64,000 bases of DNA. Origin: a virus. Lineage: Duplodnaviria; Caudoviricetes. Shown piece after piece: positions 30,712-41,400 of the stretch. The DNA is taken from positions 7,381 through 71,380 of IMG/VR virus record IMGVR_UViG_3300012007_000016; one strand, given 5' to 3'. Positions within the stretch are counted from its first letter, which is position 1. The number at the start of each line of letters is the position of its first letter. Position numbers and translations under genes: made by a program. The notes under the pieces are model-generated. The model was given only the letters and a program-made list of their open reading frames with translations, was not told where the DNA came from and searched no databases.

Positions 30712-31110
30712 ATGAAAAATGTAGTATTAAAATACGGTTATTATGATGATTATGGGTTTTTTAGCCATGTTTATTATGTAGATTGTGATTACTGTTTTAA
30801 TGAAAAAAATGTAAATGAAATTATAGAATTTGTAATGAATGAACCACTGAATGATGTGTTGATACATACAAATGATTTAAGTCATGAAATAATCGAAGTT
30901 GTAAAGGAAATATCAAAATTTAAAAAGGTTTGGCTGCAAACACAGACATTTCTATTCGAAGATTTTGCAGTAATGAAAGAAGAAACATTGAAAATTTTAG
31001 GTTTTGATAAAATAGATGTAATGATAGATGCTTTGGGTGATATAATTGATGTAAAAGAATCATTAAAGGAAGAAAAATTAGTAGAGTTTAATAAGAATGT
31101 ACCATTTTAA
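30712..31110 (+). CDS. Degenerate NrdG-like protein (only CxxC retained)
   Basis: DCDYCFN resembles the CxxCFN end of the radical-SAM motif; KKVWLQT..FED and IDVMID..IIDVKESLKE resemble an NrdG C-terminus; first Cys absent. Confidence 0.45.
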   Translation: MKNVVLKYGYYDDYGFFSHVYYVDCDYCFNEKNVNEIIEFVMNEPLNDVLIHTNDLSHEIIEVVKEISKFKKVWLQTQTFLFEDFAVMKEETLKILGFDKIDVMIDALGDIIDVKESLKEEKLVEFNKNVPF

Positions 31111-31122
31111 TGGTTTAATAAG

Positions 31123-31160
31123 AATGCACCACTAATAACAGTGGTGCATTTTTTGTTTTT
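31123..31160 (+). terminator. Intrinsic terminator ending the replication/RNR block
   Basis: Perfect 11-bp stem AATGCACCACT/AGTGGTGCATT, 6-nt loop, T-run. Confidence 0.85.
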
Positions 31161-31215
31161 GTTAAAATAAAAGTTTTTCTTTATATTTATTGGAAATGGT
31201 TTATATGTTAAAAAC

Positions 31216-31605
31216 ATGGCAAAAGAACAAAAATGTGGCATTAAATTTCCAATAAACGTATCTTCTGATGATAAGACATTGTTTGACTTGAATCATACAA
31301 GAGCTGAAGAAATTAAGTCTGAAATAATGCATTTAATTTTTACGCCAAGCGGACAAAGGCTTAGAAAACCTAATTTTGGTACGAGGTTAATACAATTTAT
31401 TTTTAATCCGGACGATTCTGAAAGTTGGGGTGATATTGTTAGTGAAATTAAGGAAACTGTTAAAATGTGGATACCAAATTGTAATATTAAAAATGTTGAA
31501 GTTGCTGAATTTGAAGATGGTCTTACATTATATGCTAAAATTTCGTATACATTCACTGAATTAGACGGAAAAGCAAGAAATTATGAAATAATAACTAAAT
31601 TATAA
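31216..31605 (+). CDS. Baseplate wedge / sheath initiator, gp25 (GPW_gp25) family
   Basis: LIFTPSGQRLRKPNFGTRL motif, 129 aa. Confidence 0.85.
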   Translation: MAKEQKCGIKFPINVSSDDKTLFDLNHTRAEEIKSEIMHLIFTPSGQRLRKPNFGTRLIQFIFNPDDSESWGDIVSEIKETVKMWIPNCNIKNVEVAEFEDGLTLYAKISYTFTELDGKARNYEIITKL

Positions 31606-31615
31606 TAAAATTTAA

Positions 31616-33646
31616 ATGGCTGAAAATAAACTTTCCTACTTAAACAGGAATTTTGACGATTATAGACAAAGTATTATAGATATTACTAGACAGTATTATC
31701 CAGATGTTTTTGAAAATCTTAATGATGCGTCTGTTGGTGCTTGGTTAATTGATATTTTATCCGATATTGGTGATAATCTTAATTATCATATAGATAGAAA
31801 CGTACAAGAAACATATTTAGATTCTTCAAAGGAATTTACTTCAATCCAAAATATTGCACGTACTAACGGTTTGCGTATTCCTTATAAAAAGGCCGCTTTG
31901 GTTGAAATTGAATTATCTTGTAGATTACCTTTGTATCAGCAGGGAAGCGAAGGTGATGGGGATATGATGGCGGATGAGACATATTGCCCATATGTTAAAC
32001 GTGGAACATTATTTTCAAACGGAACAACAACATTTGAATTGGTACATAATGTTGATTTTAAAGAACAATTTAATGAAGATGGTTTATCAGACCGTCAAAT
32101 TGTTCCAAATCGTGACAGTAATGGAACAATTATTTCTTATACATATAAGAAATTGGCGATTGCTTCAGCAAGCCAAACAAGAGTAATGAAAAAAATTGTT
32201 TCTTCTAATGAAATCACACCATTTATGGAAGTAATGATTAATGATTCTAATGTGTTGGGTGTTGATAGTATTATAGTAAAAGATGGAACTAACATAAATA
32301 CAGACCCGCAATTTAATGAGTTTTTCATTGACGAAGAAACTTATAATGATAATAGTGGTAAACCAGTTGATAGATTTTTTGAAGTTGATAATTTAATCGA
32401 CCAATATAGATTTGGGTATGTAATTGAAGATGGTGAGAATGGTAAATATAATCCTGAATGGTCAGAAGAGGAAGTTGCGGAGATTAAGGATGAACAAGGT
32501 GCTGTTATAGATACTGTGGTATTAAGAAAAATTGCAAAGGGCAAATGGAAACGTTTGAAAAATAAATTTATTACAGAATATACAGATGATTGGAAACTTA
32601 AAGTAATTTTCGGTGCAGGTATAAGAAATGAATATGGTGATATTCCACAAGATGCAAAAAAATTTACACAATATCAAATGTCAAGAATGTTAGCCAATGA
32701 TTATATGGGTGTGTTACCAAAAAGCGAAAGCACTATGTATATTCTTTACAGAATTGGTGGAGGTGAAATTTCAAACATTGCGGCAGGTACGTTAACTAAT
32801 ATTATTAGTCTTAATATTGAAATAGAGGGTAATCCAGAAGATAGTCTTTGTTCCGAAAAAATAAGAGATGTGAGGAAAAGCATGACTGTCACTAATACAA
32901 CACCTTCATATGGTGGAAAAAATGAGCCGACAACTGAGGAAATACGTTATATGATTAAATATAATGCATCTTCACAAAATAGATGTGTCACTTTGAAAGA
33001 TTATATATCAAGAATAAGTAAAATTCCTGCAAAATTTGGATGTCCGTTCAGACATAATGCTATTGAAGAAAATAATAAAATCGTTATATATACATTAGGT
33101 CTTGATTATGAGGGACATTTGACAAATTTCTTATCAGAAACAGTCGCAAACAATATTAAAAATTATTTGTCACAATATAGAATGATAAATGATTTTGTTG
33201 AGATAAAATCAGGAAAAATAATCAATTTGGCGTTCAGACTTACCGTTTATCTTGATAAGTCATATGATAAGTCGGAGGTTACAAAAAGAATCATTGATTT
33301 AGTATATGACTATATGGATATTAGGAAACATTTAATGGGTGATGATATATTTGTTGGGGATTTGGAAAAAGAAATTTCAAAACTTGATGGTGTCATTAAC
33401 CTTGTGAAAATGAGAATGTTTAATAAGGTTGGTGAAGGATATTCAACAGATAGGAGCACTCAACAGTTAGTTAATGTTTCAGATTGTGATTTTGAAGAAC
33501 TTGATGCATATGATAGACAAATAGAAAATCAAAATGAGATTAATTTGGAAAAAAGCGATTATATGCTGTTTAGTGAAGCAGATAGTATGTTTGAAATAAA
33601 GTATAAAAATCGTGACATTGAAGTTATTGTCAAGACAAGGAATTAA
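31616..33646 (+). CDS. Baseplate wedge protein (T4 gp6 / baseplate J-like)
   Basis: YLNRNFDDYR start, IARTNG, GG..EPTTEEIR, QNRCVTLKDY motifs; follows gp25. Confidence 0.8.
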   Translation: MAENKLSYLNRNFDDYRQSIIDITRQYYPDVFENLNDASVGAWLIDILSDIGDNLNYHIDRNVQETYLDSSKEFTSIQNIARTNGLRIPYKKAALVEIELSCRLPLYQQGSEGDGDMMADETYCPYVKRGTLFSNGTTTFELVHNVDFKEQFNEDGLSDRQIVPNRDSNGTIISYTYKKLAIASASQTRVMKKIVSSNEITPFMEVMINDSNVLGVDSIIVKDGTNINTDPQFNEFFIDEETYNDNSGKPVDRFFEVDNLIDQYRFGYVIEDGENGKYNPEWSEEEVAEIKDEQGAVIDTVVLRKIAKGKWKRLKNKFITEYTDDWKLKVIFGAGIRNEYGDIPQDAKKFTQYQMSRMLANDYMGVLPKSESTMYILYRIGGGEISNIAAGTLTNIISLNIEIEGNPEDSLCSEKIRDVRKSMTVTNTTPSYGGKNEPTTEEIRYMIKYNASSQNRCVTLKDYISRISKIPAKFGCPFRHNAIEENNKIVIYTLGLDYEGHLTNFLSETVANNIKNYLSQYRMINDFVEIKSGKIINLAFRLTVYLDKSYDKSEVTKRIIDLVYDYMDIRKHLMGDDIFVGDLEKEISKLDGVINLVKMRMFNKVGEGYSTDRSTQQLVNVSDCDFEELDAYDRQIENQNEINLEKSDYMLFSEADSMFEIKYKNRDIEVIVKTRN

Positions 33647-33668
33647 TTAGTTATGTAAATTATATGAC

Positions 33669-33700
33669 AAAGGACAAGCGTTCATGTTTGTCCTTTTTTT
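33669..33700 (+). terminator. Intrinsic terminator
   Basis: AAAGGACAAGC-GTTCAT-GTTTGTCCTTT plus T-run. Confidence 0.8.
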
Positions 33701-33754
33701 ATTAAATTTAATGCAAGAAAACCCATTAATCTTCAGTTAATGGGATGAATTGCA

Positions 33755-33849
33755 TCAACCTTGACCCTCAATATACTTTCTAATAGTATCAGGATTTGCT
33801 TCACCAATAGAGCATACAAAATACCCATATCAAAATATTTTTTTTTTTT
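33755..33849 (-). pseudogene. tnpA: Remnant of IS200 Y1 transposase C-terminus
   Basis: Reverse strand reads KKKIF*YGYFVCSIGEANPDTIRKYIEGQG*, matching FWSDGYF...IRKYIE.Q with the catalytic Tyr; rest of gene deleted. Confidence 0.8.
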
Positions 33850-33925
33850 ACAAAAATAGAAACTTTTTGTAAATTATTTGATATTTATTATTGAAAAGTG
33901 TTTAGTTTTTAACTATATTTTATAT

Positions 33926-35122
33926 ATGAAAGTGATTTTAAAGACATATAAGTACAGAATGTACCCAAATAAGGAGCAAGAACAAATGCTTGCAAGGTAT
34001 TTTGGGTCTGTTCGTTTTGTCTATAATCACTTCCTTGCTGAAAGAAAACAACAATACACAGAGAATGGAAAAAGCGATAATTACTATGCACAAGCAAGTA
34101 CACTTACCAAATTAAAGAAACAAGAGGAATACTTGTGGTTAAAGGAAATCAATTCACAGACACTTCAATTCGCACTTAGAAATCTTGAGACTGCATATAC
34201 AAACTTCTTTAGGGGTAATGCAAGATTCCCAAGATTTAAGGCAAAGAAGAACGGTGGTAGTTTTCATATACCACAACATTGTTTTATTGAAAATGGTAGG
34301 ATATATATTCCAAAATTTAAAGGTGGTATAAAGATAGTAGAACACAGACCATTCAAAGGTGGTGATGTTAGAAATATGACAATCTCTGTCACACCAAGCG
34401 GTAAATATTATGTTTCAATTTTAACCCAAATTTCATATGAACCATTGCAGAAAACCAATGCAAAGGTTGGTATTGACTTAGGGTTGAAAGACCTGGTAAT
34501 TACAAGTGATGGCAAGAGGTATTCAAGTAACAAATTCATCAAACATTACTCAAAGGAACTTGCAAAAGCGCAAAAGCACTTATCAAGGAAGCAGAAAGGT
34601 AGTAATAGTTGTGACAAGCAACGAATAAAGGTTGCAAGAATACAAGAGAAAATTCATAACTGTAGGTTTGACAAACTACATAAAATTAGTACTGACTTAA
34701 TCAGAAACTATGATGTAATCTGTTGTGAGGATTTAAACGTCAAAGGTATGCAAAGAAACCACAGACTTGCACAGAGTATATCAGATGCGAGTTGGGGAGC
34801 ATTCCTTTCAATGCTTACATATAAAGCGGTTATGAATGACAAACAAGTAGTGAAGATAGACAGATACTATCCATCTTCAAAAACTTGCCATTGTTGTAAT
34901 TATATAAAAGAAGACTTACAACTGAAGGATAGACAATGGGTTTGCCCTAATTGCGGAGAAGTTCTTGACAGAGACTTTAATGCTGCAATGAATATCCTTT
35001 CAGAAGGATTAAGAAATATATCGGCAGGAACTGTCGATTACACTGATGGAGCAGATGTAAGACCCTTTCAAGGGCAATCAACAATGAAGTCAGAAGCCCA
35101 CAAGTCTTCAGCTTGTGGGTAG
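33926..35122 (+). CDS. tnpB: TnpB RNA-guided endonuclease (IS200/IS605 OrfB)
   Basis: HTH N-terminus YKYRMYP; RuvC residues GIDLG, CEDL, DRDFNAA; CHCC...CPNC zinc finger. Confidence 0.95.
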   Translation: MKVILKTYKYRMYPNKEQEQMLARYFGSVRFVYNHFLAERKQQYTENGKSDNYYAQASTLTKLKKQEEYLWLKEINSQTLQFALRNLETAYTNFFRGNARFPRFKAKKNGGSFHIPQHCFIENGRIYIPKFKGGIKIVEHRPFKGGDVRNMTISVTPSGKYYVSILTQISYEPLQKTNAKVGIDLGLKDLVITSDGKRYSSNKFIKHYSKELAKAQKHLSRKQKGSNSCDKQRIKVARIQEKIHNCRFDKLHKISTDLIRNYDVICCEDLNVKGMQRNHRLAQSISDASWGAFLSMLTYKAVMNDKQVVKIDRYYPSSKTCHCCNYIKEDLQLKDRQWVCPNCGEVLDRDFNAAMNILSEGLRNISAGTVDYTDGADVRPFQGQSTMKSEAHKSSACG

Positions 35123-35162
35123 TTCACATATGTATTGTAAGATATTAAAAAAGTCATAAAAT

Positions 35163-35420
35163 ATGGGATGCAATTGCAAAAATAAGGTAGATGCTATAAA
35201 TCAAAAATATGGTGATGGTGGAAAATCAGAAAATACAAAGGTAAATCCACTGTTAAAAATCTTAGAAATTATAATGCAAATAGGTTTTGGAATTATCTGT
35301 GGAGCGATAATTATAGTTATGATAATTCCAATGTTAGTTTACATCATTTTCTGTATAATGTTTGGAAAGCAAGCAAATTTCAGAATAAAAGATGTTAACA
35401 AGTTTTTGAATAAGGAATAA
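35163..35420 (+). CDS. Small membrane protein with N-terminal CxC
   Basis: MGCNCK start; long hydrophobic segment IIMQIGFGIICGAIIIVMIIPMLVYIIFCIMF. Confidence 0.6.
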   Translation: MGCNCKNKVDAINQKYGDGGKSENTKVNPLLKILEIIMQIGFGIICGAIIIVMIIPMLVYIIFCIMFGKQANFRIKDVNKFLNKE

Positions 35421-35435
35421 TTTTTTGCATTAATA

Positions 35436-38400
35436 ATGGAAGATACAAATAGAGTATATAGAATTAGAACAACAGTTGGGGAAGATGCACCAAATGTGAT
35501 ACATGTTCCTCTTAAACAATCATATGATATGTTTGAAATACTTAGTCTTAAATTAGACCAAACAAATTCATATAAAACGTATGAAAGTGATTATGGTGTA
35601 ATTGTAGGACGTGTTACGGCAAATGGTGGTTTTGGCGTACCGAATGCAAAAGTAAGTATATTCATTGAAGTATCTGATGATGACGCACTTAAAGATAGAC
35701 TTCTATATAACTTTACTTCCACGTCTGATACTGATAATAATGGTGTTAGATATAATCTTTTACCTGACTATGTAGATGATGCATGTCACCAAGATGTTGG
35801 TACTTTTCCAAACAAAAGGCTTGTTCTTGATAATAATGACATAATTGAAATGTTCGACAAGTATTGGAAATATACTACTACAACAAACCATGCAGGTGAC
35901 TATATGTTATTTGGTATTCCAACAGGTTCACAACAGTTGCACGTTGATGTTGATTTAAGTGATTGTGGTATATTATCACAACGCCCACGTGACATGATTG
36001 GCAAAGGTTATAATGCCAACATGTTTGAAAGTCCGAATAAGTTTAAATCTTCTACAAACCTTAATTCACTTGCGCAAATAATTTCGCAAGATAGGGGGTT
36101 ATATGTTTACCCATATTGGGGAGATGTAAGTGACGGTGATGATAAATTCTCAATTACAAGATGTGATATTAACCTTGAATATAAATTTGAGAGTTATGCT
36201 GTCTTTATGGGTAGTATAGTAACCGATAAAGGTTCAAATGCTATTGGTAAGAACTGTACAGGAACTGAGCAAAATGGTAAAATGTCAGACCTTATTGCGG
36301 GTGAGGGTACTATTGAAATGATTAGGAAAACTATTGACGGTAAAGTTGAGGAATTTCCAATCATGGGTAACAGACTTATTGACGGTGACGGTGTTTGGTG
36401 TTACCAAATTCCTATGAATCTTGATTATGTTACAACTGATGAATTTGGCAATTTAGTACCAACAGATAATCCAGATAAAGGTATTGCAACAAGAACAAGA
36501 GTTAGGTTTAGGATATCTTTGGACGAAAACCCAAATGATGCAACAGCAAGAAAAAGAGCAAGATATCTTGTACCTAATAATCCAAGACTTGGTGAGGGTG
36601 AATTTGATGAAACACTTGAAGCAGACTATGAATTTGGCTCTGCAACAAGGGAAGAATCATATTGTGACATGTTTTGGAATAAAGTTTATACAGTTAAGAA
36701 CTATATTCCAAAATTGCAGAAAAACAGCAAGGAAACTAATAGGAAACACACAGGTATTAAGTTAATTAATCATTATGGTGATAATAACCCAATGCCATAT
36801 AATGCACTTACCATTAAGTTGAGTTTTACTTATCGTATTATTTGTGTAATAACAAAGGTAATTATTAATTTAATTGAGTTTGTAAATCAACTTCTTAGTA
36901 TTGTTAGTGCAATATTATGTTTGGTAATTAAGATACTTGAATTTCCTGCTGAGATTTTTGAGAAACATATGTGTTTCAAGATACCGGTGATTAATAAAAG
37001 AATATGTCCGTTTAAACCACTTGGAAAACTGTGGAGAAAAATGGTTTCGCCAATCACAGGTCTCATAAGGAAAATTATGCCAAATTGCATCGGTTTGTCT
37101 TCTGAATTTTGTGATGATGGTATTAATCAAGTTACATATTATCCTGGTTGTGGTTATTTCTTATTTAGTTTATTTAAGTTCTCTTCAATTGGTTTGGATT
37201 GTATTTGGGAAGAAACAAAGAAAAATCACACCAAAAATCAATTGAAAATATGTGAAAATGAGAAAAAATCACCAGAAGATTGTGAGATGAGTCTTACAGA
37301 ACCATCTAATGCAACTGCAATGCTTTATAACTGTATTGAAAATCAGTTGGCACAACAAAATGATGCCACTTCATTTAATTTTTATAATGATTGGGTGAAT
37401 GGTGTGCTCTATGCGCCTCTTTGGTATAGAAAAATAACACCGAAGAAAAGATACTTTTTCGGACTTTTTAAGAAAAAAGCAAAAGATGATTGGTGTTCTT
37501 CACAAAGAGAATATCCAGGAATGAGAATTTTACAACATTGTGTTGTTGAAAGGAAACCAGACGGTACATATACAAATTTTGATGGAACAGATGTTGACTA
37601 TATGAGGATTCAAGGTTATGACTGTAAGGGTAAATGTCATAAACAATATACTGAAGTAAAGGGAATGAATGGAGTAATTCATTCACAACAAACAATGTTA
37701 GGACAAACTGTATATTATTATAAGGCAGTTGAATATGATGCTTCATTACCCAAAAACCGTTATGTTTCTTCACAAAAAAATGGTGATATAAAATTTATGT
37801 TTGCTACTGATATTGTATTATTGGGTAGTTTAAATGAATGTGATACTCAAGGTATTCCACAATTTTTTAAATCACTTGAAAGTACAACATATAATATGCC
37901 AACAGACATTCTTTTTACTGATTATGATTTTATTTTGACAGTAAATGATACTACTGGTGAAAGTGAAAGAATGGAATATACTATAACAGACCTTGTTAAA
38001 ACTTCTGAAATGGCCGGTTGTGATTGGGGTAATCCTAATGAGTTTGATAAATATGATGGTGGTTTATTTTACAGTATTGGATGTTCAAGTGCAGGTATTA
38101 AACTTGATACTAAAAGTTGTGTAAATTTATCAAGAGTTTGTGAATATGGTGTTTCATTGGATGAAACAAAAGAAGTTGCTGACTTAGATAATCTGGAAGA
38201 AGCAAGTGACGAACAGATAGATGTTGATTCTAAATATTTCCAAAGACTTATTACTGATGGATTTATATCTTGGGATGAACTTTATAATTTAGATGAAAGG
38301 AGTATGTTTGCTACTTTAAACGGAAATAAACTTCATACTAAATTAAATAATAAGAATGGCTTATATGAGTATGATTTCCGTTACTTATATCCGGAGAATT

Positions 38401-41400
38401 TTGATGGTTCGTTAAAAGAAATAATGGAGCAAAGAACCAAAAGATATAGTGAGGATATAAATTACAAAAATAACTATAAATTAGAGGAAAAAAGTAGAGA
38501 TTATTATATTTTTAGAATGGGTAACGCACCTTATTATTATGATAAGGCTTGTTCTTTCCCACGTTATGAAAATTCATTCTATTTCTATTTTGGTTTGAAA
38601 GCCGGAAAAACAGCAATTGAAAAATTTAATTCAAAATATTTTGCGGAATGTATTAACGAAAATGTTGAAAATCAAATTGGTATCAAATTTAAGGCAAATA
38701 GTTGGTGTTCAATGATTGGTAACAATCAAAATGACGGTTATCTTGCTTTGGATTTTACATCAGTGGCAACACCTTATTCTTTATTAATCAATGGTGTTTC
38801 AAACGGTGAATATTCAATTGAAATAAATGATATAACGGAAGAAAAAATCATTTTTATAAATGATGTTAGTAAAAAACCTTCTTCATTGTCAGAATATGTC
38901 CAATTAAAGGGTGAATATGATACCGAGAGTGACATGTGGAGTTATAAATCAGATGGAATTACAATACCCATGATGGATAATGGCGGTTATCAAGCAGTTC
39001 TAACTGATAATGAGGGAAATATAACAGAGTTTACTTTTAATATATTAGGTACTTATTTGTCATATAAGTTGAATACAAACAACTTTGAGCAGCCAAATAA
39101 TGTACTGATGGAAATGTTTGATAATGATTATAATAAAATTGCAAGTGATAAAGAAGATTCTCACGCTGAAGATGATGAGTATAAAAGTTATAACAGAGAA
39201 ATCGGTGGTGTTGTAACAATTTATGACATTTTCATGAATGGTGAGAAGTTGGATAGTTATAAACTTACGTTGGAAGCAAAATACGGCACTCCATTATCTA
39301 ATAGTAATTATACTGGTGTTGATTTAATTTATAATAATGGTTCTATAACATATATTAAAGGCCAACCAACGTTAATGATACCGGATGTGCAAAGTAGTAT
39401 GGAACATTATGCATTTGGTTTACCAAAGGGTCGTGCAGAATATACAGTAACAATTACTGAATTATGTAATGGTATAGAAAGTGGTAACAGTATAAGTAAG
39501 GATTTTTTTGTTGATGAACCAATTCCATATAAAATGTATATTAATGATATTGATTATGATGTTATTAAACATTTTGATAATTATACTGGATGGAATTTAA
39601 GTGGCTCAATTTCTTCTCATGGTGCTTCAGAAGGTACATTAAATATGTCTAATCCTTGGTTTAAAACGGATAATATATATTATAATGAATATTTGATTAC
39701 AAATATTGAAAATGATTTAATAAATGAATTTATAGTTGAAAAAGATGACAATACTTTTCAAATATATGCTGTTTTAGAAAATGGAAATCAATATCAAGTT
39801 GATAGTCCTATAAGATTAAAAGAAGAATTTTGTACTAATAATAAAGGTCAAAATGATGTATATTATAACTGGGTTGATGACTATATTGTAAACGATGAAA
39901 ATATAAATTGGAGTGATTCTAATGACGTATATGAAAAAATAGACCAATTTATTACCGATGTTAACCGTGTTTTCAATTTACGTAAGGAATTACGTGAAAT
40001 GATGAAAGATACTTTCTTTTTAAACTGTGAAGATGATAGCAAAACAATACTTGTAAGAGGTAAAACTGATAAATTACCTTGTACGCAGACAATTGTTTAT
40101 CATCCTGAAAAGGCCGTTGAATATGAGAACTATAATGTATTGGATGGAAATTCTCTCATAGATGAAGATATTAATGAAATAACTGATATTCGTATACCAA
40201 CAATTTCATATAGAAGTAGTGAGAAGTATGGTGATGGCAGTGATAATGACGAACCATGTCTTGTAACTGTTGAAAATAGCAAAAAGAAACCATATTCATG
40301 TGGTATAATGAATAATAGCGGAATTAGTATTCCTAAAAAAGATAATGGTCAGCCTTTTGACTTTGTAGAACGTGACAATGCAAAATATATTAATCATTCT
40401 TCTACACAACATAATGATTTATTCAGTTTCCCAATTATTGATAAAATTTTGACAACTGATTATATTGCTTGGTCAGCATTTGTTAAAATGCCACAATACG
40501 GTTATGATAATAGCGGTAATTCGAGGGTAAACATCATTAGTATGAATGGTCTTTTATCTGGTGTTGTATTTAATGGTAATGTTGTTAACAATAGGTTTGA
40601 TACACAAACGTTAAATGATATTGAATTATTATTGAGTAATAACATATGTGATGAAACAACAACATATATTGAAAAACGTGTCATTTTGGGTTATAACTAT
40701 GAAGAAGTTGGAAGATGGGTGATTTCGTTTTTACGGAATATTAGTAATAATATAACAAGTGATACAATAAGTGCTTTAAATAGAATTTTGCCAATTTCAA
40801 TAACAGAAGAAAATATTGGAAATATATTCAATTCATTTACGGTTGATGGTGAAAATATCAAATATCAGAATACAAGTATTAGTATCCAAACGCTTATTAG
40901 TAATATTTTAAGTTTTACAAATTATATTACACTTAATGATAATAGTTTAGCAAACTATAGACAGCAATATGCGTTTGTTTTACCAATGGAAACAAGTTTA
41001 ATGTTGCAAGATGAACGACAATGTGGGACACAGGTAGAAATTGATGGTACAATGGCTGTTAAGTTGGCCGACACATCAGTTAATGATTGTCGTACTGGCG
41101 GTCAAAAAATACTTGAAGTAGATACTGATGTGGACACATATTATTCTATTTTTAAAACAGATATAAATGGAACCGGTTATCCATTGAACCTTTGTGAAAA
41201 CAGTGGTATATTATGGCAAATACCAAATCAAATATATGGCATATACAGTCAACCACAATCACAAAACCTTTTCTCTTATCAAATGAAAACCAAATATTTC
41301 AGAGGGGAAGGAAATTTAATAGATACCAATTTCAAATCACAAGTTGCAATTGAAACTGAGGGCGAAGAAGAACAATTCGAAGATACAAAAGGATATGGTA

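Larger units (their letters stand above)
33712..35127 (+). mobile_element. Non-autonomous IS200/IS605-family element (IS605-type divergent layout)
   Basis: Left hairpin CCCATTAA-TCTTCAG-TTAATGGG (33722-33744) and right hairpin CCCACAAG-TCTTCAG-CTTGTGGG (35097-35119) share an identical loop; ends in TTCAC at 35127; left boundary after TTTAA is approximate. Confidence 0.85.

Noticed and set aside
31086-31134. 27-bp-period duplication GTTTAATAAGAATG(T/C)ACCA
   Set aside because: Only two copies, one overlapping a terminator arm; not a CRISPR array; no cas genes.
33878-33925. Extended ORF-track starts (33878, 44407, 23768, 20784, 18607, 10118, 2256)
   Set aside because: These use TTG/upstream codons overlapping promoters or neighbouring genes; downstream ATGs match domain or signal-peptide starts better.
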